The notes beneath the pieces were generated by a model. That model made no database searches, had not been told where the DNA came from, and was given only the letters and a program-made list of their open reading frames with translations. 10,014 nt of DNA, taken from positions 1-10,014 of the forward strand of contig JBAXKK010000085.1 of assembly GCA_037137395.1 (NCBI GenBank), in the 5' to 3' direction. This DNA comes from Elusimicrobiota bacterium (GTDB taxonomy: Bacteria; Elusimicrobiota; Elusimicrobia; Elusimicrobiales; UBA9959). Positions 1 to 7,227 of the stretch are shown piece by piece. Made by a program: the position numbers and the translations under genes. Every line of letters begins with the position of its first letter. Within the stretch, counting starts at the first letter, position 1.

Positions 1-9
1 AGATAAATT

Positions 10-933
10 ATGAACGAATTCCTGCAAATATTTACGCTCGCTCTGTTAAGCACGACCATACGCATCTCCGTGCCCTATATCCTGGTCGCCCTGGGCGCTA
101 CGGTCTCTGAACTGGGCGGCGTGGTCAACATCGGCCTGGAAGGCCTGATCCTGATAGGGGCTTTCTGCTCCGTGCTGGGCAATTATTACACCGGCAACCC
201 CTGGTTGGGCGTGCTGTGTGCCGTAGCCGGCGGGATGTTCTTCGCTTGGCTGCACGCGGTGGTCTGCATAAAATTCCGCGCCAACCAGATAATTTCCGGC
301 CTGGCCCTAAACATCATGGCGATCGGAGTGACAAAATTCTTTTTGAAATACTTTTTCCATTCCTCCTCCAACTCAGGCCGCATCTCCGGCCTGCCGGAGT
401 GGAACGTTCCTTTTCTTTCGGGGATCCCCGTGCTGGGCGATATAGTTTCCAGTCCGCTTATCCTTCTTACCATCCTGCTGGTTTTCACCATTTTCTACGC
501 CGTCTATAGAACACCTTTCGGCCTGCGCCTTCGCGCTGTTGGCGAAAACCCGGAAGCGGCCGACACCCTCGGGGTAAACGTCTATAAAATGCGTTATGCG
601 GGCGTACTCATTTCCGGAGCCCTGGCCGCGCTGGGAGGCGTCTGGCTGGCCTATGATCAGCACCAGTTTACCGACGGCATGAGCGGAGGACGGGGATACA
701 TAGCCCTGACCGCCATGATCTTTGGCAAATGGAATCCGGCGCTTGCGGCTCTCGCCTCAATTTTCTTCGGCTTCGCGGAAGCCATGCAGATACAATTGCA
801 AACCATAGGCGTGGATCTGCCGGTGCAGTTCATCCAGATGATCCCCTATATCCTTACCATAGTGGTATTGGCCGGATCGTTCGCAAAATCCACCGCCCCT
901 TCGGCTGACGGCGTCCCTTACGAAAAGGAATAA
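10..933 (+). CDS. ABC transporter permease, nucleoside/sugar type (BPD_transp_2 family; NupC/YufQ-like)
   Basis: 307-aa hydrophobic ORF with family motifs SELGGVVNIGLEG, ANQIISGLALN, RTPFGLRLRAVGENPEAADTLGVNV, GRGYIALTAMIFGKWNP and MIPYILTIVVL. A TAA at 4-6 may be the stop of an upstream partner gene. Confidence 0.95.
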   Translation: MNEFLQIFTLALLSTTIRISVPYILVALGATVSELGGVVNIGLEGLILIGAFCSVLGNYYTGNPWLGVLCAVAGGMFFAWLHAVVCIKFRANQIISGLALNIMAIGVTKFFLKYFFHSSSNSGRISGLPEWNVPFLSGIPVLGDIVSSPLILLTILLVFTIFYAVYRTPFGLRLRAVGENPEAADTLGVNVYKMRYAGVLISGALAALGGVWLAYDQHQFTDGMSGGRGYIALTAMIFGKWNPALAALASIFFGFAEAMQIQLQTIGVDLPVQFIQMIPYILTIVVLAGSFAKSTAPSADGVPYEKE

Positions 934-941
934 TCAGCCTC

Positions 942-2165
942 ATGGCGCTAAAAATACTTGTCAATTCCCTGTTCGGGGGCGGCGCGGAAATTCAGGCGGC
1001 GCTTCTTGCTAAGGCGCTGAAGCCGGAAGCGTTTTTCCTCCTTGATACCGGCGGCGACCCCCGCCCGGGAATTCCGGCGTTCTCAACCCTTTCAAAACAC
1101 TGCTCTTCATTGCCCGGAACTATAAAAACCCTTCTGGCGCCTCTCTACGCCAAACGCCTGGCGGCGCTAACCGGCCCCGGCGACACGGTCCTGTCTTTAA
1201 TGGAACGCTCAAATTTTGTAAATATACTGGCCGCACGCAGTAGCGGTCACCGCGCCATTGTCTGCGAACGCACGCATCCCTCCGTTGATTTTTCAGGAGT
1301 TCGCGGCGCGCTGATGAAACCGATCATCAGAAGGCTCTACCCTGAAGCGGATCTGATAATTTCAAATTCAAAAGGCAACGCGCGCGACCTTACCGAGAAC
1401 TTCGGAGTTCCGCCGGAAAAGATCCGGGTCATAACTAACGCCTGCGACATCGAGGCGATAAAAAAATCGGCCGCGGAACCGCTGGAAAGCCGGCATGAAG
1501 CTATTTTTACCAGGCCGGTCATAATAACCAGCGGCCGCCTGAGAACGCAAAAAGGACATTGGCATTTGCTCAGGATATTCGCTGAACTTAAAAAAACCCG
1601 GCCGGAAGCCGCGCTGGTTTTTTTAGGGGAAGGGGAGCTGCAGCTGAAATTACTCGGCTTATGCGCGTCCATGGGACTTAAAGCGTGCGCCCCCGGCCGC
1701 GCTTCCCCCGCGCAGGGAACTGAAGACGTGTTCTTTTTGGGATTTCAAAAAAACCCGTATAAATTTTTATCAAGAGCCGGACTATTCGCGTTCACATCGC
1801 TCTGGGAAGGACTTCCGAACTCAGTTATTGAGGCCCTGGCATGCGGCCTGCCGGTAATATCTTCGGACTGCCGCTCCGGTCCTAGAGAAATACTGGCATC
1901 CGATACGGATTTCAAAATGGAAGCCGAGACACCGGAAGAGACGGCTTTTGGACTTTTAATGCCGCAATTTCCGATTACCGGCCCCGACTTTACAACTGAG
2001 GTAAGCGGCCTGGAGCGGCTTTGGGCTAAGCGCATATACGCTCTCCTGGCCGATAAGGCCAGACTTGCACAATGCGGAGCCGCGGGCCGCCAGCGTGCCG
2101 AAGCTTTTTCTCTGAAAACAAAGATTTCGGAATGGCAGACAGTTCTAGCGGATGTGAAAGTTTAA
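942..2165 (+). CDS. Glycosyltransferase family 4 (GT-B fold, WabH/PglJ-like)
   Basis: N-terminal NSLFGGGAE; YPEADLIISNS; GRLRTQKG; FLGFQKNPY; E-x7-E motif in SLWEGLPNSVIEALACGLPVISSDCRSGPREIL. Starts 8 nt after the permease stop. Confidence 0.93.
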   Translation: MALKILVNSLFGGGAEIQAALLAKALKPEAFFLLDTGGDPRPGIPAFSTLSKHCSSLPGTIKTLLAPLYAKRLAALTGPGDTVLSLMERSNFVNILAARSSGHRAIVCERTHPSVDFSGVRGALMKPIIRRLYPEADLIISNSKGNARDLTENFGVPPEKIRVITNACDIEAIKKSAAEPLESRHEAIFTRPVIITSGRLRTQKGHWHLLRIFAELKKTRPEAALVFLGEGELQLKLLGLCASMGLKACAPGRASPAQGTEDVFFLGFQKNPYKFLSRAGLFAFTSLWEGLPNSVIEALACGLPVISSDCRSGPREILASDTDFKMEAETPEETAFGLLMPQFPITGPDFTTEVSGLERLWAKRIYALLADKARLAQCGAAGRQRAEAFSLKTKISEWQTVLADVKV

Positions 2166-2198
2166 AAACCCGAAAGTCGGACGAGTCAAGCCTTTAGA

Positions 2199-3263
2199 TT
2201 ACCACATAAACATTATTTCATCGTCCTTTCCGGAGGACGCCGGTTTGCGGTCCTTATTCTGCGCGCCGCGCTTTTGCGGCCGGGCCGGTGTCTTACCGCC
2301 GCGGTAGGATTTTTTACTTACTCGGTTCGGCGCTATATCCTGCCGGTCGTTCCCGAATTTTAGCGTAAGCGATATCCGATGCGTATCACCAAGATCTCCG
2401 AACGGTGAAAAAGCGTAATCCAACCGCAAATTGTTGCTTTGCAGGCCCACACCGGCCGAAATCCCGGAGCCCGCGTTCTTGGAACGCCCGGTTTTGTAAC
2501 CGAGCCTGGCAAAAACTGTCTCCCTGGGGGCAAAGGAATATTCCCCCTCCGCGCCGGCCGCGAAAGCGGTATCGGACTCTCCGGCCTTCACAAGCTCCGC
2601 GGTCAGCCAGGCCATATCCCTGACCCTGTAGGCCGCGCCGGCCCGGCAAGTGAACGGCAGGTCGAAACTTTCTGTATAAAGCTTCATCGGCGTGCCAAGG
2701 TTCTGCGCCGCCAAACCCAGGCGCACGTTGTTTCCGTAAGTCTTAATCAAACCGAAGTCTCCGGCGTAGGCGAATGCTTTGCGAGTGTCCGCCTGCTGAT
2801 AGACAGTCTTGATTAGCAGGCCGCCGAATAAGTCATCATTAAACGCCCAGGAAAAACCCGCGCCTGCCGCGCCGTCCATGGCGCTGAAACTGCCGGTCTT
2901 ATAGCCGCCAACATCCAGCTTATCCATGGACGGGATAATAAGCGCCGTAATCCCGGTAAAAATGGTCAGCCTGGGTGAAACCGGATGGATATACGCCGCA
3001 TGTTCGTTCCTAAGGCCCTCCAGCCATTCGCTGTGCGCCAGCATTAACTCCTGATTGCGCGCCAGTGCCGGCCCGGCAGGGTTATAGAAAACCGAAGACG
3101 CGTCATCGCCGACGGCGACAAAAGCCCCGCTCATAGCCGCGGCACGGGCACCGGCGTCTATCTTGAGAAAAGCGGCGGCATCGGACCCGGCGCCGGCGTA
3201 AAGAGCCGGAACTGTGAGTACCGAGAGCATGACCGCGATTAACAGAGCACCGTTCTTTCTCAT
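2199..3263 (-). CDS. PorV/PorQ-family (UPF0164-like) outer-membrane beta-barrel protein
   Basis: Signal peptide, then AAFLKIDAGARAAAMSGAFVAVGDDASSVFYNPAG (typical PorV/FadL-like N-terminus), alternating beta-strands, and LRLDYAFSPFGDLGDTHRISLTLKFG. ATG at 3263 (MRKNGALLIAV...) gives a clean signal peptide. The ORF-track start at 3329 (GTG) and ATG 3308 run through the heptamer array, so the start is uncertain. Confidence 0.85.
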   Translation of the reverse strand: MRKNGALLIAVMLSVLTVPALYAGAGSDAAAFLKIDAGARAAAMSGAFVAVGDDASSVFYNPAGPALARNQELMLAHSEWLEGLRNEHAAYIHPVSPRLTIFTGITALIIPSMDKLDVGGYKTGSFSAMDGAAGAGFSWAFNDDLFGGLLIKTVYQQADTRKAFAYAGDFGLIKTYGNNVRLGLAAQNLGTPMKLYTESFDLPFTCRAGAAYRVRDMAWLTAELVKAGESDTAFAAGAEGEYSFAPRETVFARLGYKTGRSKNAGSGISAGVGLQSNNLRLDYAFSPFGDLGDTHRISLTLKFGNDRQDIAPNRVSKKSYRGGKTPARPQKRGAQNKDRKPASSGKDDEIMFMW

Positions 3264-3282
3264 AAAAGAGCTGAGTATAACT

Positions 3283-3312
3283 GCCGTTTGCCTTTGGCCA
3301 TTTGCCATACGC
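3283..3312. repeat. Degenerate heptamer tandem array, left arm
   Basis: GCCGTTT GCCTTTG GCCATTT GCCATAC GC: four copies of GCCNTWN with exact 7-nt periodicity. Confidence 0.75.
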
Positions 3313-3336
3313 AGATTATTTAGTGACACCTTAAAA

Positions 3337-3392
3337 GCATACGGCCTATGGCTTATAGCCTATAGCTTACGGCTGATGGCCTATGGCGTGTG
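3337..3392. repeat. Degenerate heptamer tandem array, right arm (inverted relative to left arm)
   Basis: GCATACG GCCTATG GCTTATA GCCTATA GCTTACG GCTGATG GCCTATG GCGTGTG: 7-8 copies, consensus GCYTAYR. The reverse complement reads GCYRTAN, matching the left arm. Confidence 0.88.
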
Positions 3393-3400
3393 CTTGTGAC

Positions 3401-6004
3401 TCACCAAAACACATAGAACTTCCCTTTGCCGTTTCCATGATTGGAAGTCTTAGCCAGATAAATATAAAGCCCGCTGGCCACCTTCTGCCCGCTTTTATTC
3501 TTGCCGTCCCAGACGGCCTTATTCAAACTATCAATTCCGTCTCCGGGCGCCAGTTCCCGCACCAGTTCCCCCGCCGTGTTATATATATATATCCTCGGTT
3601 TCTGCGCGTCGGCAGGGATGCCGTCAATGATCAGAATGGAACCGGGAAAATAACATGGATTCGGGTAGGCTTTGAGATTCCCCATCCCCGACTGAGAAGC
3701 GCTCAGGACGCGTATGGCGTAAATCGAAAGATGAGAAGTAGAAGCGCTGATGCAATTCGCCGCGGTATCTCTGACGGCTCCAGGCACCGGCGTCCATCTG
3801 GACGCCGTTTCATCCAGCCAATACAACCCGGCCAGGTTCTCAATTACATAATCTCCGTCAATATACCCGTCATTGGTTAAATCCGGGTAACAGAGCCTGA
3901 GAGTGATAGGCGCGTTAAAAGTGGCCACCGTCAGACCGGCCGGGGTTTTAGCGGTAAATTCCCGCGTTAGATCGTAAGCAGCCAGCGGGTGAGAGTCGGG
4001 AGAATAGGAGTCGGCCAGCGATGTCCGCGAAGAAGCAACAGTGGATATAGTTATCACCAGGTTTTCAGAATAAGCGCCGGCCGGAACTGTTACGGAATCA
4101 TTATCGCTGTTCACAACGCTGCCCCCGGTTACACCGCTTACGGCCGTGTTTATGACAAAAGTCCCGCCGGCAGTAATAACGGAACCGATATTGCCCGCCT
4201 GATCCACGGCTCTGAAAGCGAAAGCGGCCGTACCCGTGGAATAGAAAGACTCTATAAAGCCGCTGCCGGTCCAGGTGGAAGCAGTAAGGTAACTCAAATT
4301 AACGGTCTGTGAAGATCCCCTGACCGGAGTGAAGGTCAGCGACGGGTTGCTGGTCAGGTAATTAGGCTCAGTCACAATAAGTTTGAGACTAAGCGCGCCG
4401 GTACGCGCCGGGAGCGTTGAGCTTATCTCAACTTTAGCCGTAGGGCTGGTAATATCAACCTGCTGGCCGTCTGAAACCGAGACGCCGGAATAAACAGCTC
4501 CCGCGCCCATAGCGCGCACGCTGAAATAATAAACCGTGTTTTCAGTAAGGTTAAGCCCGGAACGCGTAGCGCTGCGATTAAGACCGGCACTTAGCCAGCC
4601 AGCCGTTTCGGTCCCGCCCGGAGTAGTGCCGATGGCGGATTCATAGGTCACTCCGCCGGGATAAACGGAAGCGCCCCAGTTAGCGGAAAGAGAATGGAGA
4701 CTGGATATATAGGTTATATCGGCGCCAAGGCCGTCGTACACATAGGCGATATCCTGAGGTATGGCAGTATTGACAGTGAGCGAGTCGGATGCCGGCGTGG
4801 CGTCATAGGCCAGGAAATTATCTTTTGCGCGGGCCTGTATTGCATGAAGAACTCCGCCGGCGGACAGTGATGAGGGCGTAAAGGCAAAGTTCTCTATGGT
4901 CCCGTTGAAGGCTCCGTCGCGCGGTGTCGCGGCCAGCCAGGCGCCTGAATCCACCTTGTACTCCACCGAGGCGATGGTGTTGATACTTAAATTATTCACG
5001 GGTTTGGGCGGGTCCCAATCAGTATAGGGGTTAGTATTCGGATAGGCCGTGGTAGAATGGGCGATGCCGTAATACGCAGGCGTAGTGTTAGTGGTAGGGT
5101 CAGGCGAATAGGCGTAAAGGGCAGTTGTGGGCGGCAAATCCACTATATCAGGAATGCCGTTCGAATTGGAATCCCGCCAGCCCAGCATATTCCTGCTGGC
5201 CGTACAGACGGAATTGCTTGTATACGGCGCCACCTGCCCCCTCATTATGCAGGCGACATTGGTACTTCCGCCTTCTACATGGTTCACATTTTGAATATTC
5301 AGATATCCGGAATACCCCGTACTTTTTGGCACCGTCCCGACATACTCATCCAGAGCGTAAAAAACATGACCTGCTTCATGCGCGGCCACGGCTGACATAG
5401 CGCCTATACCAAAATCCTCATTGTCATAGGTTAGCACCATAAACGGGCCGCCTAAATAGGCGTAGGCGAAATAACCGTCTGGGAACATGCCATCGCTGTC
5501 ATTAAGGCTGTCCGCCACGAAAATAGTAAAAGCCCAGTCAGCGTTATTGGCTATCCTAATGTCATTGTTATAGTGATACACGCTGTCGAAGTAATCACTG
5601 TCGGTGGTATAGCTCAATTTGCTCATTACGTCCGCCACCCAGTCCCCCTCGGTGCACAGGGAGCTGTGCACGGCCACATTGCAGTTTATGGGTTCATAGC
5701 CGGTATTGATGGTGTTAGTCAGATACACAAATGAAAGTTTGGCGTTTGCGTTCCTTGCGGCCCACCAGGCCATGGTTGCATGCAATTTGGTAACGACATC
5801 GGCCTTCCTGGCCGCGCTCCAGGTTTCCGTCTGAGTCTTTATAGAACCGTCGCTCTCAGGGAATATAATGGATACGACGACTTTGCCTATCATGTACTCA
5901 CTGGTGTCATAAAAGCCGGCCCCCGCAGGCACGGCAAAGCTCCGGCTGGAGAAAAAGCAGGAGAAAAGAAGGACCGCGGCGGCGGGAATTAAAGTTTTTT
6001 TCAT
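3401..6004 (-). CDS. Secreted multidomain zinc metalloprotease with Ig/FN3-like domains, ZU5-like domain and C-terminal T9SS type A/FlgD-Ig-like sorting domain
   Basis: Signal peptide (MKKTLIPAAAVLLF...SFA). Zinc motif HEAGHVFYALDEY at 5342-5380 and Met-turn-like CIM at 5243-5251. Ca-loop-like DSNSNGIPD. FN3-like segment (LSANW...YESAIGT...YYFSVRA). C-terminal AYPNP...IYIYNTAGELVREL...WDGKNKSGQKVASGLYIY. Confidence 0.85.
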   Translation of the reverse strand: MKKTLIPAAAVLLFSCFFSSRSFAVPAGAGFYDTSEYMIGKVVVSIIFPESDGSIKTQTETWSAARKADVVTKLHATMAWWAARNANAKLSFVYLTNTINTGYEPINCNVAVHSSLCTEGDWVADVMSKLSYTTDSDYFDSVYHYNNDIRIANNADWAFTIFVADSLNDSDGMFPDGYFAYAYLGGPFMVLTYDNEDFGIGAMSAVAAHEAGHVFYALDEYVGTVPKSTGYSGYLNIQNVNHVEGGSTNVACIMRGQVAPYTSNSVCTASRNMLGWRDSNSNGIPDIVDLPPTTALYAYSPDPTTNTTPAYYGIAHSTTAYPNTNPYTDWDPPKPVNNLSINTIASVEYKVDSGAWLAATPRDGAFNGTIENFAFTPSSLSAGGVLHAIQARAKDNFLAYDATPASDSLTVNTAIPQDIAYVYDGLGADITYISSLHSLSANWGASVYPGGVTYESAIGTTPGGTETAGWLSAGLNRSATRSGLNLTENTVYYFSVRAMGAGAVYSGVSVSDGQQVDITSPTAKVEISSTLPARTGALSLKLIVTEPNYLTSNPSLTFTPVRGSSQTVNLSYLTASTWTGSGFIESFYSTGTAAFAFRAVDQAGNIGSVITAGGTFVINTAVSGVTGGSVVNSDNDSVTVPAGAYSENLVITISTVASSRTSLADSYSPDSHPLAAYDLTREFTAKTPAGLTVATFNAPITLRLCYPDLTNDGYIDGDYVIENLAGLYWLDETASRWTPVPGAVRDTAANCISASTSHLSIYAIRVLSASQSGMGNLKAYPNPCYFPGSILIIDGIPADAQKPRIYIYNTAGELVRELAPGDGIDSLNKAVWDGKNKSGQKVASGLYIYLAKTSNHGNGKGKFYVFW

Positions 6005-7002
6005 TTTTTCCGGGGCCCTATTTTCCGCACGTCATTCGGTATGGGTCCGGGCGCGTCAAAAACAACTTCAGACGCTTCGGACCAGGTCCCGACCGAGATG
6101 CCGTCGGAGCCCATTAAGCGCATAAAATACGGCTTACCGTATTCAACCGGCAGACCGGAGACTTTGTGAAACTCTTTATCCGTAAAAGTGTCAACCATGG
6201 GGGCCGCGAAGTCGGCCGTTTCAGAGAGCTGCAGTCTGTAGTGTTTGAAGGCCGGGTTCTTCGCCCAGCGGAGAGGGTTTTTTTTGGTTAGGTCCTTAGC
6301 TTGGGTGAGAACAGGCGCCGACAGCCGGGTTCTGGCCGCCAGTGGGGCCGTATTTGAGATGGCGAAGGAGTATGTTTCTGAAAAACGCCCTTCTTTTCTG
6401 CCGCCATTATTCAGGGTCAGCAACCCCGAAACGCGCCAGTAGTATATGCCGTCGGAAAAGAAAGCCGGATAGACTTCATATCTATTGCGGTTAAGGATCG
6501 TTTCAACGACTATAGCCGTAAAATCCTTGTCAGAAGCGATCTGCAATTTATAGCCGGCAGCCTTCATTACCTCATTCCATGAGAGCGTTATGGCGTCAGT
6601 CTGCTTTAATTGAGAGACTTTATAACTCACGACTAGCGGCGCCTCGGGAGGATCCTCCACAAAACGCTTATTCCAGATATTTACCGCGTAGAACGCGTTT
6701 TCTCCATAATTAGCTATGACAGACATATCCTCTATTTTCCCCCTGTGCACGGAGACGCCATAGTCCTTAAGCAGCGCGGCGTCCAGATTGTCCGGAACAT
6801 AGCCCATAAAGGCGTGCGGAGGAAACGCGTCGGTGATACGCGCCCCGCTATCCGCCAGATACTTCTGAAAATTCTTATTAAAAGCCACCGAATCGGAATC
6901 CACTATCATCAGCGCGTTCATCCCGCTGCCGTTCTGCGCCGCGACGCCAAGGGAAAATACGGGCGTCAGGCCCGCTAGCAGTATAAAAATCGCTTTCCGC
7001 AT
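6001..7002 (-). CDS. Secreted protein with N-terminal propeptide/inhibitor-I9-like domain and two FN3-like domains
   Basis: 333 aa with signal peptide and GGAGG RBS. Two FN3-like repeats: LSW...YKLQIASDKDF...YYWRV and LRW...YRLQLSETADF...YFMRL. Stop overlaps the next start (ATGA, 6001-6004). The CDS is secure; the N-domain assignment is tentative. Confidence 0.75.
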   Translation of the reverse strand: MRKAIFILLAGLTPVFSLGVAAQNGSGMNALMIVDSDSVAFNKNFQKYLADSGARITDAFPPHAFMGYVPDNLDAALLKDYGVSVHRGKIEDMSVIANYGENAFYAVNIWNKRFVEDPPEAPLVVSYKVSQLKQTDAITLSWNEVMKAAGYKLQIASDKDFTAIVVETILNRNRYEVYPAFFSDGIYYWRVSGLLTLNNGGRKEGRFSETYSFAISNTAPLAARTRLSAPVLTQAKDLTKKNPLRWAKNPAFKHYRLQLSETADFAAPMVDTFTDKEFHKVSGLPVEYGKPYFMRLMGSDGISVGTWSEASEVVFDAPGPIPNDVRKIGPRKK

Positions 7003-7008
7003 CTTATT

Positions 7009-7013
7009 CCTCC
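7009..7013 (-). promoter_or_regulatory. Shine-Dalgarno site for the 7002 start
   Basis: GGAGG on the minus strand, 6 nt upstream of ATG 7002. Confidence 0.85.
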
Positions 7014-7116
7014 GTTAACGTAAAGACTCAGGCTGTTCGGGCTGAAGGGTGGCAGAGCATCATAGACGAAACACCCTGAATAGAAGCCTGTCCGCCCGGA
7101 CTTTATTTATATCTAT

Positions 7117-7122
7117 ATTATA
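7117..7122 (-). promoter_or_regulatory. Candidate -10 box for the protease operon
   Basis: Perfect TATAAT on the minus strand in an AT-rich patch about 115 nt upstream of ATG 7002. No convincing -35 at 17-bp spacing. Confidence 0.45.
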
Positions 7123-7200
7123 CAATGCCCGTTTTGCGGATTTGTTGCGCGTGGCAAGAAACTGGTGTGTGATATTATTTTCAAAGGAAGGTTACGGATA

Positions 7201-7226
7201 TCCGCGCAGCAACAAACCGCCGCGGA
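7201..7226 (-). terminator. Possible terminator/stabilising hairpin after the GT2 gene
   Basis: TCCGCG (7201-7206) pairs with CGCGGA (7221-7226), with extra G-C/G-U pairs inside on the minus strand, immediately after the stop at 7228. There is no adjacent U-tract. Confidence 0.35.
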
Positions 7227-7227
7227 G

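Noticed and set aside
10..2165. Functional link between the ABC permease and the GT4 gene
   Set aside because: Close spacing suggests co-transcription, but mixed operons are common and nothing else connects them.
2166..2198. Bidirectional terminator between convergent genes
   Set aside because: Only a 4-bp stem (CCGA-AAG-TCGG); too weak to support.
3283..3392. Possible CRISPR array
   Set aside because: 7-nt degenerate tandem units with no unique spacers, and no cas genes in the window.
3214..3399. 61-aa plus-strand ORF with AYGLWLIAYSLRLMAYG
   Set aside because: The periodic peptide is just the translation of the heptamer array, antisense to the operon.
3580..3592. (AT)n microsatellite
   Set aside because: It encodes IYIY of the conserved sorting-domain strand and is explained by the protein sequence.
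7029..7140. c-di-GMP-I riboswitch or hammerhead ribozyme match
   Set aside because: Only fragments are present (GCAAAAC, CTATGA, CTGA, CGAAA); the order, spacing and core residues do not fit either consensus.
7167..7185. CRP/Rex-like site TGTGATATTATTTTCAAA
   Set aside because: Only one good half-site; the palindrome is too weak to call.
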